Assembly (NCBI GenBank): GCA_037190965.1
Contig: JBBCKI010000030.1
Location: 32,001-96,000, forward strand
Direction: 5' to 3'
Length of the DNA: 64,000 nucleotides
Origin: Chthoniobacteraceae bacterium
GTDB taxonomy: Bacteria > Verrucomicrobiota > Verrucomicrobiia > Chthoniobacterales > Chthoniobacteraceae
The notes below the pieces were generated by a model that saw nothing but the letters and a program-made list of their open reading frames with translations, was not told the origin of the DNA and ran no database searches. This document shows, in pieces, positions 52,573 through 61,103 of this stretch; positions within the stretch are counted from its first letter, which is position 1, and each line of letters starts with the position of its first letter. The position numbers and the translations under genes were made by a program.

Positions 52573-53475
52573 ATGCTCCAACACACACAGTCCAAATTCC
52601 TCCTTTGTGCAAGCATTGCAGCGGCGACGCTTTCCTCCTCTCTGTTTGCCGGGACCACGATTCAGAGCAAGGAAACGACAGCACCGCTCGTCGACGAATT
52701 AAAGAAGTCGGCCATCACCGGTGACCTCGGCGTCAACTTCGTCTCCCAGTATGTGCTGCGCGGCCTTGTCTACGAAAACCAGGGAGTGATCGCCCAGCCG
52801 TACCTCAACCTTTACTTCAACCTCTATGAAGGGGACGGCTTCATCAACAAGGTGAGCCTGATCGCGGGAATCTGGTCCAGTATTCACTCCCGGCACACCG
52901 ATGCCCACCCCGGGAGCACGGTGCCAGCCTGGTTTGAATTCGACTACACGCCGGGCATTGCCGTGACGTTTGCCAAGAACTTCACGCTGACCTCCAGCTT
53001 CTTCTCCTATACCAGCCCGAACGGCGGATTCGACACCTTCTATGGGCTCAACTTCCAGCTCAACTACGACGACACCGACCTGCTGGGAGCCTTCGCTTTG
53101 CACCCGCACGTGACTTACCTGCGCGAGTTGGAAGGCAAGGCGGGCAGCGGTTCCTCGGAAGGCAACTACTATGAAATCGGCATCGCTCCGGCCCTCCCGG
53201 CCTGGGGCCCTCTGACGGTCACTCTCCCGATGAACGTCGGGTTCGGCTCGCACCAGTTCTACGCCGCGAATACCGGCTTCGGGTACTTCTCAGGCGGAGT
53301 CAATGCCGCCATCGCGCTCGGCTTCATTCCCGAGCAATACGGCTCCTGGGCTCTCACCACCAGCGCGACGTACTACTATCTCAACGGCTCGCTCGCGGAC
53401 TTCAACAACCCGAATGTCCGCCCCTCCCGGCACAACGAGTTTGTGTTCAGTGGCGGCATCGGGCTGACCTTCTAG
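52573..53475 (+). CDS. Outer-membrane beta-barrel protein, TorF/Gcw_chp-like putative porin (paralog 1)
   Basis: Signal peptide, SQYVLRG motif, aromatic-rich amphipathic strands, C-terminal Phe. Confidence 0.75.
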   Translation: MLQHTQSKFLLCASIAAATLSSSLFAGTTIQSKETTAPLVDELKKSAITGDLGVNFVSQYVLRGLVYENQGVIAQPYLNLYFNLYEGDGFINKVSLIAGIWSSIHSRHTDAHPGSTVPAWFEFDYTPGIAVTFAKNFTLTSSFFSYTSPNGGFDTFYGLNFQLNYDDTDLLGAFALHPHVTYLRELEGKAGSGSSEGNYYEIGIAPALPAWGPLTVTLPMNVGFGSHQFYAANTGFGYFSGGVNAAIALGFIPEQYGSWALTTSATYYYLNGSLADFNNPNVRPSRHNEFVFSGGIGLTF

Positions 53476-53545
53476 TCCAAAGGTAAGAAAAAACCTTACA
53501 CAAAAAGTTCCCTCCTCAACCGACCTTGTCCCAAGCCAGGTCGCA

Positions 53546-53587
53546 GGCCTCTCTCGCTTACTCCGGGCGAGAGAGGCCCATTTTTTT
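53546..53587 (+). terminator. Intrinsic terminator after porin paralog 1
   Basis: GGCCTCTCTCGC...GCGAGAGAGGCC followed by a T-run. Confidence 0.8.
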
Positions 53588-53837
53588 AAAAGCTCGTAAG
53601 TCGCTCATAATAAACACGATACAGGAGATCCAACAGCTTGACGGTCGACACATTCCCCTAGGTGTCTACGGCAACAATCCCTTATAATGGACTAGAAAAA
53701 ATCCTGAGCGCCCGATTGGGACTTCCCCCTAGGAAAAAAGTTCCTTTCCTCGGTCTGCCGAGTTTGGTAAATGGCTCGTTAACCCGGGCTAAGCCTAGCC
53801 TCCGGTTCCAACAGCAACAAACCAACACACACACACA

Positions 53838-54737
53838 ATGGTTAAATCCAACAACCTCAAACTGACGCTCTGCGCCAGCATCGCTTTGGCTGGCTCGGTC
53901 CTCCCGGTTCTCGCTGGTCCTACGGTGACCGCTTCCGCCAAGGAGACCCAGACGTTGGTCGAAGAAAGCCAGAAGTCGGCCATCTCGGGCGACCTCGGGT
54001 TCAACATCACCTCCCAATACATCAATCGTGGTGTCGTCCGGGAGAACCAGGGTGTCATCGGTCAGCCGTACATCGACCTCTACTTCAATGTGTACGAGGG
54101 CGAAGGTTTCCTGAACCGTGTCAGCTTCGTTCTCGGCGCCTGGGGGAGCCTCCACTCCGCCAAGACCCACGCCATCGCCGGCAGCACGACCTCCGGCTGG
54201 TATGAGTTCGACTATTCCGCCGGCATTGCCTTCACGGTTGCCCGGAATCTGACGATCACCCCGAGCTATGCGGAATTCAACAGCCCGAACGACGCGTTCA
54301 GCGCCTCGCGGAACCTGAACGTCCGTTTGGACTACAACGATTCCGAACTCCTCGGCGCGTTCGCTCTGCACCCGCACTTCACCTACCTGCGTGAGCTGGA
54401 AGGTAAAGTCGGCAATGGCAAGAGCCAGGGTAACTACTACGAAGTCGGCGTGGCCCCAGCCCTCCCTGCCTTCGGTCCTGTGACGGTCACCATCCCGCTC
54501 ACCACCGCCTTCGGTTCCAACCGCTTCTACGCGGGCAACCAAGGCTTCGGTTACTTCTCGGGTGGCGTGAACGCCGCCGTGGCGCTCGACTTCATCCCGG
54601 CTGCCTACGGCTCCTGGACGGTCAACGCCGGCGCGACCTACTACTACCTGAATGGCTCGCTCTCCAAGGCGAACAGCATTCAGGCCCAAGGAAACAACAC
54701 GTTTGTTTTCAACGGTGGTCTGAACCTCGCGTTCTAA
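53838..54737 (+). CDS. Outer-membrane beta-barrel protein, TorF/Gcw_chp-like putative porin (paralog 2)
   Basis: Colinear with paralog 1 (KSAISGDLG, ENQGVI.QPY, LLGAFALHPH.TYLRELEGK); C-terminal Phe. Confidence 0.75.
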   Translation: MVKSNNLKLTLCASIALAGSVLPVLAGPTVTASAKETQTLVEESQKSAISGDLGFNITSQYINRGVVRENQGVIGQPYIDLYFNVYEGEGFLNRVSFVLGAWGSLHSAKTHAIAGSTTSGWYEFDYSAGIAFTVARNLTITPSYAEFNSPNDAFSASRNLNVRLDYNDSELLGAFALHPHFTYLRELEGKVGNGKSQGNYYEVGVAPALPAFGPVTVTIPLTTAFGSNRFYAGNQGFGYFSGGVNAAVALDFIPAAYGSWTVNAGATYYYLNGSLSKANSIQAQGNNTFVFNGGLNLAF

Positions 54738-54756
54738 GGAACCCTGTTCCTTCATG

Positions 54757-54792
54757 GGTTTCCCCGGTTCATTCCGGGGAAACCTTTTTTTT
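54757..54792 (+). terminator. Intrinsic terminator after porin paralog 2
   Basis: GGTTTCCCCGG-TTCATT-CCGGGGAAACC followed by a T8 run. Confidence 0.85.
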
Positions 54793-54944
54793 GGCCTTTT
54801 TTTGGCTCAGCCGATTTTCAACCTGAACTCCGATTTTGGAGCGGAAGAGATTGCGTAAAATCTTGGAGCAGAAACGGTTGAGGAGATGCGAAAGCGTATC
54901 TTTAGATACGGTGAGCTTCGACGATACCGTTTATGCCCAAGAGG

Positions 54945-55721
54945 TTACGCAAGACCGCAGCGATCAACTTCGGAGTTCAGGTTCAACTCTTGAAACCGCT
55001 CTTTGAGCAACTCCGCCGGCCACTGCCCGGGAACCTGAGGCTTGTCGAGATAGCCGTAGTTCAGCACCGACCCCGCCGCGCCCAATGCCACCCGGGAGAT
55101 CTTCCCGAATTCCCCCATCCCCATCACCGCGAGTTGCAGATTCGCCCGACGCCGCGGCCCCCGGCCGTCCCGACGCTCGATATACTGGGTCAGAAATTGA
55201 AGCAACGTGGAGAAATCACCCGCCGTCTTCGCCGTCGTCGCGACCTTGAAAACCGTGGCTCCCGCCGCTTCCGCCCTTCCGGCAAGCTCCTGAAGACGCC
55301 CGAGCGACGGCGTCGCACGAAAGTCGTGATGCGAGAGAATGACGCCCACTTCCTGTTCGCGCACCTCCTCAAGAAGACTGACAAACCCGGAGGCCAGGGC
55401 CGAGCGAAGCTCCACATCAACCAAACTGGCATAGGGCAAAAACTCGCGCATCAATGCGAGCCGACGCGGCGCAGGGAGAGCGTTTGCCCCCCCCTCCTTC
55501 GGATCGCGCACGGTCACGACCAGAGGCGCAGGCAATTTGTCCGCCGCCTTTTTCAATTGAGTGAGCAGAGATTCACTTTCCGCGAATCCATCCACCCTCA
55601 ATTCAAGAAAATCGACAGCTCCCTTTCGCAGTTTTTGAGCGGCTTTCAGGGAAGCCGGGCTGTGAATTGTTCCAATAACCGACCCTGAATGCAGAGCATT
55701 GGTTGTTTTTCTCAAAGACAT
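54945..55721 (-). CDS. aroD: Type I 3-dehydroquinate dehydratase
   Basis: DFLELRVD, TVRDPKEGG, VDVEL, ILSHHDF..TP, FKVA, MGMGEFGKISR, PGQ. Confidence 0.9.
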   Translation of the reverse strand: MSLRKTTNALHSGSVIGTIHSPASLKAAQKLRKGAVDFLELRVDGFAESESLLTQLKKAADKLPAPLVVTVRDPKEGGANALPAPRRLALMREFLPYASLVDVELRSALASGFVSLLEEVREQEVGVILSHHDFRATPSLGRLQELAGRAEAAGATVFKVATTAKTAGDFSTLLQFLTQYIERRDGRGPRRRANLQLAVMGMGEFGKISRVALGAAGSVLNYGYLDKPQVPGQWPAELLKERFQELNLNSEVDRCGLA

Positions 55722-55897
55722 AATGTTATGGTCGAAGGCTTCTGTTGTTCCAACAGGCCTTTTAGAAGACGCCATTCCACGAAACATGCAGCCAACAGGT
55801 TACTTTCATCAAGGATTTACGGTTCCTTTCGGGCCGCGAGTCCCCCTGATCCCCCCCGGATGGTTGGTTGATTGGGCGCAGTAACTTCTCTCCCGCA

Positions 55898-57289
55898 ATG
55901 ATCGGTCGCAAACAAGAAATCAACCTTCAGTTCCAGCAAATCGTCGATGGCGCGCTTCTGGTAATCGCTTTTTGGGGAGGGCACCTCCTTCGTTATTTCG
56001 CCACCGACTGGTTCGGCCTCGATTGGCAGATTCCAAAATTCGACCAGTTCCGCTGGCTCCTTTTCATCATCATGCCGTTCGGCCCCATTCTTTTGGAGCT
56101 TCAAGGGTATTACACTCACGCGCTTCAAAAGACGCTTTGGCGCTCATTCTCCCAGATGGCTCGCGCAGCGTTCTGGCTGAGTCTGATCATCGCCGGGTGC
56201 GTGATCTTTTTCCGCCTGGAGGTCCCTAGCCGCGCAGTCATTCTCCTTTTCGGCCTGTTCGCCATGGTCCTTCTGCTCCTTCGGGAGCAATTGACGATCC
56301 TCATCATCCGCACCCGCGCCCGAAGCGGCCACTACCGCGAGCCGGTGCTCCTGGCGGGAACTCCGGAAGACATGAAGGCGCTGCGGAAGACATTCACCCC
56401 GGAGCAACTGCTGGAAATGGAGATTACCGGGGAAATCGACATCGAGAAACAGCCGGTGGGCGATCTGGTCGAAATGCTGCACAAGCACTCGATCAGCCGC
56501 GTGATCTTCGCGGGCAACCATTCCCACGTCAACCGGCTCCAGGAAGCCATCGGCGCGTGCGAGATCGAAGGGGTGGAGGCATGGCTGGTGGCGGACTTCA
56601 TCAAGACCTCCATTGCACGCCCCGCTTTTGACGTGCTCGGGGGACGCGCCATGCTGGTCTTCCGCACGACTCCCGAGGTCTCCTGGGCCCTGATGGTGAA
56701 AGGAATGATCGATCGCGTGGGCGCATTCCTGATTCTGCTCGCCGCCTCCCCCGTGCTCCTGGCGGCAGCGATCGGCATCAAACTCACCTCGCCGGGCCCC
56801 ATCATTTTCTGTCAACAGCGCGGCGGCAAACATGGGCGGCCCTTCAAGATGTATAAATTCCGCACCATGAACACCAACGCCGAGATGCTCCGGGCGGAAC
56901 TCGCCGCGCAGAACGAGATGAGTGGCCCGGTTTTCAAGGTCGGCAACGACCCGCGCATTACCAAACTGGGGCGCTGGCTGCGCAAAACCAGTATCGACGA
57001 GCTCCCCCAGCTCGTAAACGTTCTGAAGGGCCAGATGAGCCTCGTCGGCCCAAGGCCGCTGCCTCTCTACGAGGTTGAGCAATTCGAAAACTCCGCACAA
57101 CGGCGCCGCCTGAGCGTCAAGCCGGGCCTCACCTGCCTCTGGCAGATCAGCGGACGCAGCAATGTAACCTCTTTTGAGGATTGGGTGAAACTCGACCTCG
57201 CCTACATCGACAACTGGTCCATCTGGCTGGACCTGAAGATTCTGCTAAAAACCGTTCCGGCCGTACTTTTTGGAATGGGCGCGCGATAA
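55898..57289 (+). CDS. Polyprenyl-phosphate glycosyl-1-phosphate transferase (WcaJ/CpsE-type priming sugar transferase)
   Basis: YKFRTM, DPRIT..GRWLRKTSIDELPQLVNVLKGQMSLVGPRP, KPGLTCLWQISGR, YIDNWSIWLD. Confidence 0.93.
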   Translation: MIGRKQEINLQFQQIVDGALLVIAFWGGHLLRYFATDWFGLDWQIPKFDQFRWLLFIIMPFGPILLELQGYYTHALQKTLWRSFSQMARAAFWLSLIIAGCVIFFRLEVPSRAVILLFGLFAMVLLLLREQLTILIIRTRARSGHYREPVLLAGTPEDMKALRKTFTPEQLLEMEITGEIDIEKQPVGDLVEMLHKHSISRVIFAGNHSHVNRLQEAIGACEIEGVEAWLVADFIKTSIARPAFDVLGGRAMLVFRTTPEVSWALMVKGMIDRVGAFLILLAASPVLLAAAIGIKLTSPGPIIFCQQRGGKHGRPFKMYKFRTMNTNAEMLRAELAAQNEMSGPVFKVGNDPRITKLGRWLRKTSIDELPQLVNVLKGQMSLVGPRPLPLYEVEQFENSAQRRRLSVKPGLTCLWQISGRSNVTSFEDWVKLDLAYIDNWSIWLDLKILLKTVPAVLFGMGAR

Positions 57290-57337
57290 AAGCAAAAGCC
57301 CTTGCGTGTTTCAGCGGCAGGCGTTAATATCTGGTCC

Positions 57338-57523
57338 AGATGAGGGTTGTGCCCCGGCCACCCGACATCCCGCCGAACCAAAATGTTGGCCAATATTAAG
57401 AATAATAATATTTTTTATTGCCACCCCAAAAGTTCGCGGGTATTTTCATCACAGATTTAAGAATTGTTCTGGGGGGAACATGAGCCCTTCGCGACCACTC
57501 GGTCGCGGGGGGCTCAATTTTTT
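57338..57523 (+). ncRNA. Candidate structured small RNA or attenuator leader (about 185 nt)
   Basis: Upstream TTGCGT-17-TAATAT (57302-57330), nested long-range complementarity, 16-bp terminator stem at 57481-57516 plus T-run, and no convincing ORF. Confidence 0.45.
57481..57523 (+). terminator. Strong intrinsic terminator
   Basis: TGAGCCCTTCGCGACC-ACTC-GGTCGCGGGGGGCTCA followed by ATTTTTT. Confidence 0.85.
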
Positions 57524-57557
57524 GCCCTGAAACCGAGGGACCCCTCATCGATTTTTC

Positions 57558-58313
57558 ATGGATTTCTTCCATCTCACCCTGGAGCAGTGGCTCCTCGCGA
57601 TTCTCGCCGCGCTCTTTGTGGGAATCTCGAAGGCTGGATTCGGCGGGTTCGGAATGCTGACGGTCGCCCTGATGGCCACCCTCATGAAGGGGCACGAGCT
57701 TGAATCAACCGGCATCGTGCTTCCCATGCTGATCTGTGGCGATCTTCTCGCGGTCCGGGCGTTCCGCGGGCACGTTCGATGGCCGATCCTTCTGGGCCTT
57801 CTTCCTCCCGCGGTGGCGGGAGTGCTTGCCGGTTTTTTCTGGATGAGCGGCTTGAGCAATGTGGGGTTCAAGCCGGTGATCGGCTGGATTGTCCTCGCCC
57901 TCGTTGGGCTGCAACTCTTCCGACAATTCCGCCCCGTCCTTTTTCAGCATGTCCCCCACACCCGGACCTTTGCCTGGCTGGCGGGGACAAGCGCGGGATT
58001 CACCACCATGGTCGCCAATGCCGCCGGACCGATCATGACGCTTTACCTTCTGGCGGTCCAGTTGCCGAAGCTCGCCTTTGTCGGCACAGGAGCCTGGTAT
58101 TTCCTGATCGTGAACCTCATCAAGGTCCCTTTCAGCGCAAGCCTCGGCTTCATCACCCCCAACTCCCTCCTCTTCAACGCCGCCCTCATTCCCGCCGTCG
58201 CCGCGGGGCTTTTCACCGGGCGATACTTCCTCCACCGGATCGACCAGACGTTTTTCGAACGCCTCCTCCTTGCCCTCACCGCTCTCACGGCGCTCCATTT
58301 GATTATTTTTTAA
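57558..58313 (+). CDS. Sulfite exporter TauE/SafE-family membrane protein
   Basis: GISKAGFGGFG, LPMLICGD, GFTTMVANAAGP, NLIKVPF; about 8 TMs. Confidence 0.88.
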   Translation: MDFFHLTLEQWLLAILAALFVGISKAGFGGFGMLTVALMATLMKGHELESTGIVLPMLICGDLLAVRAFRGHVRWPILLGLLPPAVAGVLAGFFWMSGLSNVGFKPVIGWIVLALVGLQLFRQFRPVLFQHVPHTRTFAWLAGTSAGFTTMVANAAGPIMTLYLLAVQLPKLAFVGTGAWYFLIVNLIKVPFSASLGFITPNSLLFNAALIPAVAAGLFTGRYFLHRIDQTFFERLLLALTALTALHLIIF

Positions 58314-58372
58314 GAAACCGCGCGAAAGCTCTTGCTTCCCCGCGGTTTCCGGCTACCTTGCAAAGACCAGAT

Positions 58373-58449
58373 CGCGGGGTGGAGCAGCCTGGTAGCTCGT
58401 CAGGCTCATAACCTGAAGGCCGCGGGTTCAAATCCCGCCCCCGCAACCA
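58373..58449 (+). tRNA. Initiator tRNA-Met (CAT)
   Basis: 77-nt cloverleaf CGCGGGG...CCCGCAACCA, C1:A72 mismatch, anticodon loop CTCATAA, T-loop TTCAAAT, encoded CCA. Confidence 0.97.
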
Positions 58450-58454
58450 CTTTC

Positions 58455-58488
58455 AAAGCCCGTAGAACCCCGTTTCTACGGGCTTTTT
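58455..58488. terminator. Likely bidirectional terminator between the tRNA and the convergent gene
   Basis: AAAGCCCGTAGAA...TTCTACGGGCTTTTT. Confidence 0.8.
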
Positions 58489-58507
58489 AGTTCCCCTCAT
58501 TTCCTGG

Positions 58508-59092
58508 TTAGTGCTTCCCCTTGGCTTCCGCGGCAGTAGCCGTGGATATTTTGTCCGTCAACGCCAGGAAAAGCGCGGAGGCCACGAAGGTGACATGAAG
58601 CACCACCTGCCAGAGGACGGCGTTGTCCGGCACCGGCTTCGAGCCGATTTCGATGAAGGTCTTGAGCAAATGAATCGATGAGATCCCGATGAGCGCGGTG
58701 GCCAGCTTGACCTTGAGCACTCCGGCGTTCACGTGCGAGAGCCATTCGGGCTGATCGGGATGCCCCTCAAGTTTGAGCCGCGAGACAAAGGTTTCATACC
58801 CGCCGACGATCACCATGATGAGGAGGTTGGCGATCATGACGACGTCGATTAACCCCAGCACGGTGAGCATGATCTGTTTCTCGTCGATCTTATGCGCGCC
58901 CATGAGGAGGTGCGAAAGCTCGAGGAAAAAGTGATAAACGTAGACCCCCTGCGCCACGATGAGGCCGACGTATAGCGGTGCCTGAAGCCACCGGCTCAGG
59001 AAGATGAAGTTCCCCAAAAGCCGAAGCGACTGCTGTTGCTGAGATGATACCATAGAATTGACTAGTGCTTTGCCACTAGGAGAATTGCTCAT
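58508..59092 (-). CDS. UPF0114/YqhA-family membrane protein
   Basis: SRWLQAPLYVGL, LGLIDVVMIANLLIMVIVGGYETFVS, LKVKLA.ALIGISSIHLLKTF. Confidence 0.9.
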   Translation of the reverse strand: MSNSPSGKALVNSMVSSQQQQSLRLLGNFIFLSRWLQAPLYVGLIVAQGVYVYHFFLELSHLLMGAHKIDEKQIMLTVLGLIDVVMIANLLIMVIVGGYETFVSRLKLEGHPDQPEWLSHVNAGVLKVKLATALIGISSIHLLKTFIEIGSKPVPDNAVLWQVVLHVTFVASALFLALTDKISTATAAEAKGKH

Positions 59093-59132
59093 ATAGCGTT
59101 GGATTTCTGGTTCAGGGCTCTAGTTCACGGCA

Positions 59133-61028
59133 CTAGTCCAAGACCACCTGCTGCCCGGCACGGACAGCCTCGATCACTTCGTCCGGCTCGGTGGCCTTCC
59201 GCAGTCGCTCGGTGACGTATTCGCTCTCGATGATGCCGACGATATCGGCCAGCAATCGGGGCTGGATTCGCGCCATCCCTATCGGCGTGAGAAGGAGGAA
59301 GATCAGTTCAACGCGATCGCTGCTATCCAGCATCGGCACCCCTTCGTCGGAGCGCGCGAAGATGAGCACCGGCTGCTCGATGCCGTCAAGGCGGCAGTGC
59401 GGGATCGCGAGGCCGCTGCCGAGATAGGTATTCATTACCTGCTCGCGCTGGCGCACCGCCTGGACAATCTTACGAGGATCGCCCGGGAGGCTTTGTCGCG
59501 GGATCTGGCTGATGATCGTCTCGATGGCCTCGTTCATGGAGCGCGCGCTAAGCTCGAAAATCACCCGCTCGGGTGTCAGCGCGTCGGCCAATGATACGAA
59601 CTGCCCGCTGCGGGCGACGTCGAATTCGTCGCCGATCTTGCCCACCAGCTCTTCCAGAACGTCTTCAATCGTGATGATACCGGTCCACTCGCCCTGCGCG
59701 TTGGAGACGATCGCCATCTGGTTGAAGGCGCTCTGGAACTTGGTCAATGCTTCCTCCAGCGGGAGGTCTTCGCGCATCTCCAAAGAGGGCCGGGCAATCT
59801 CCGCAATGACGGCGTTGGAAACCGGCGACGCTTTATCCCAGAGCACGATGTCCTTGAGGTGCAACACGCGCGTGGGCCGTGTCTCGCCATTTTCCACCAT
59901 CGGGTAACGGGAGAACCGCGTTTCCCGCAGCAACTTGAGGTTTTCCTCCCACGGCAGGTCCATGTGCACCACGCGCACGCCACTGCGCATTCGCATGGCG
60001 TCGCGCACGGTCAGATCGGCCATGTCGACGATGTTTTCGATCAGCAACAACCGCCGGAACGGCATGAGGCCGAGCCGCTGAGGCCGCTCGAACATGGTCT
60101 TCAAATCCGCCCGGCGCGGACGCAGCAGCGAAACAATCACGCAGAGCAGAAGGATCACCATGATCAACACCAGCGAGACCGCCACGGGGACCTTATAGAA
60201 CTCCGAGAGGAGCATCTTGATGCCAAGGATCAGGATGATCGAGGCGAAGCCATAATGCAGCAGGTGGAACATCCGCATGAACCCGGCGACGCCGAAATAC
60301 AGGGCGCGCAAACCGAGCATGGCGAAGATGTTCGAGGTGTAGACGATGAACGGATCTGACGTGATCGAGAAGATCGCCGGAATGGAATCGACGGCGAAAA
60401 TGATGTCCGACGACTCCACCGCGAGGAGAACGAGGAGGAGCGGAGTGGCCAGGCGTTTCCCGTCAACCCGGGTGAAGAAACGGTTGCCGTCGTACCGGGT
60501 GGCAACCGGAAAGTGACGGCGAAAGAAGCGGATCAGCCAGCTCTGCTCCGGGTCAAAATCGACATCCTTCTTGTACAACATGCCGATGCCGGTAATCAGC
60601 AGGAACCCGCCGAAGAGATAAATCATCCAGTGGAACCGCTCCAGCAGGGACAGCCCCGCGACGATGAAAATGATCCGCAAAAAAATCGCGCCGACGATCC
60701 CCCAGAACAGCACCTTGTGCTGATAAGGCTGCGGGACGCGGAAGAAATTGAAGATGAGGATGAAGACGAAGATGTTGTCGACGCTCAGCGACTTCTCGAC
60801 AATGAACCCCGTAAAGAACTCCAGCCCGGCCGTCGTCCCCCGCTCATGGAACAGAATGATGCCGACATTGAAAAGGAGGGCAAGGCCGGTCCATACGCCG
60901 AACCAGACCATCGCCTCCTTCATGGTGATGGTGTGAGATTTCCTCTGGAAGACGCCCAGATCGAGCGCCAGCATGCCAAAGATGAAAAGGGTGAACCCGA
61001 CCCAAAGGGGCCATTGTTCGGTAATCAT
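59133..61028 (-). CDS. TerC/Alx-family membrane protein fused to a CBS pair and a PTS EIIA domain
   Basis: EKSLSVDN, DIIFAVDSIPA, SNIFAMLGLRALYF; FSRYP and GIITIEDVLEELVG (CBS); REQVMNT.LGSGLAIPH (EIIA). Confidence 0.88.
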   Translation of the reverse strand: MITEQWPLWVGFTLFIFGMLALDLGVFQRKSHTITMKEAMVWFGVWTGLALLFNVGIILFHERGTTAGLEFFTGFIVEKSLSVDNIFVFILIFNFFRVPQPYQHKVLFWGIVGAIFLRIIFIVAGLSLLERFHWMIYLFGGFLLITGIGMLYKKDVDFDPEQSWLIRFFRRHFPVATRYDGNRFFTRVDGKRLATPLLLVLLAVESSDIIFAVDSIPAIFSITSDPFIVYTSNIFAMLGLRALYFGVAGFMRMFHLLHYGFASIILILGIKMLLSEFYKVPVAVSLVLIMVILLLCVIVSLLRPRRADLKTMFERPQRLGLMPFRRLLLIENIVDMADLTVRDAMRMRSGVRVVHMDLPWEENLKLLRETRFSRYPMVENGETRPTRVLHLKDIVLWDKASPVSNAVIAEIARPSLEMREDLPLEEALTKFQSAFNQMAIVSNAQGEWTGIITIEDVLEELVGKIGDEFDVARSGQFVSLADALTPERVIFELSARSMNEAIETIISQIPRQSLPGDPRKIVQAVRQREQVMNTYLGSGLAIPHCRLDGIEQPVLIFARSDEGVPMLDSSDRVELIFLLLTPIGMARIQPRLLADIVGIIESEYVTERLRKATEPDEVIEAVRAGQQVVLD

Positions 61029-61103
61029 AGATAATGATTTGCGGGCTGAAAGAGGCAGCCTACGGGAACACCGCAGGCCTTTCAATCATTGCGTGGCCCG
61101 TCG

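Noticed and set aside
57465..57480. TGTTC...GAACA as a verrucomicrobial LexA box
   Set aside because: The spacer is 6 nt rather than the reported 4, and the downstream gene is not an SOS gene.
58373..58500. tRNA-Met as an integration site for an island
   Set aside because: I saw no integrase or duplicated tRNA 3' end; a terminator and an ordinary gene follow.
61029..61103. Possible yybP-ykoY Mn riboswitch upstream of terC
   Set aside because: The gap is only 75 bp and lacks the characteristic conserved segments.
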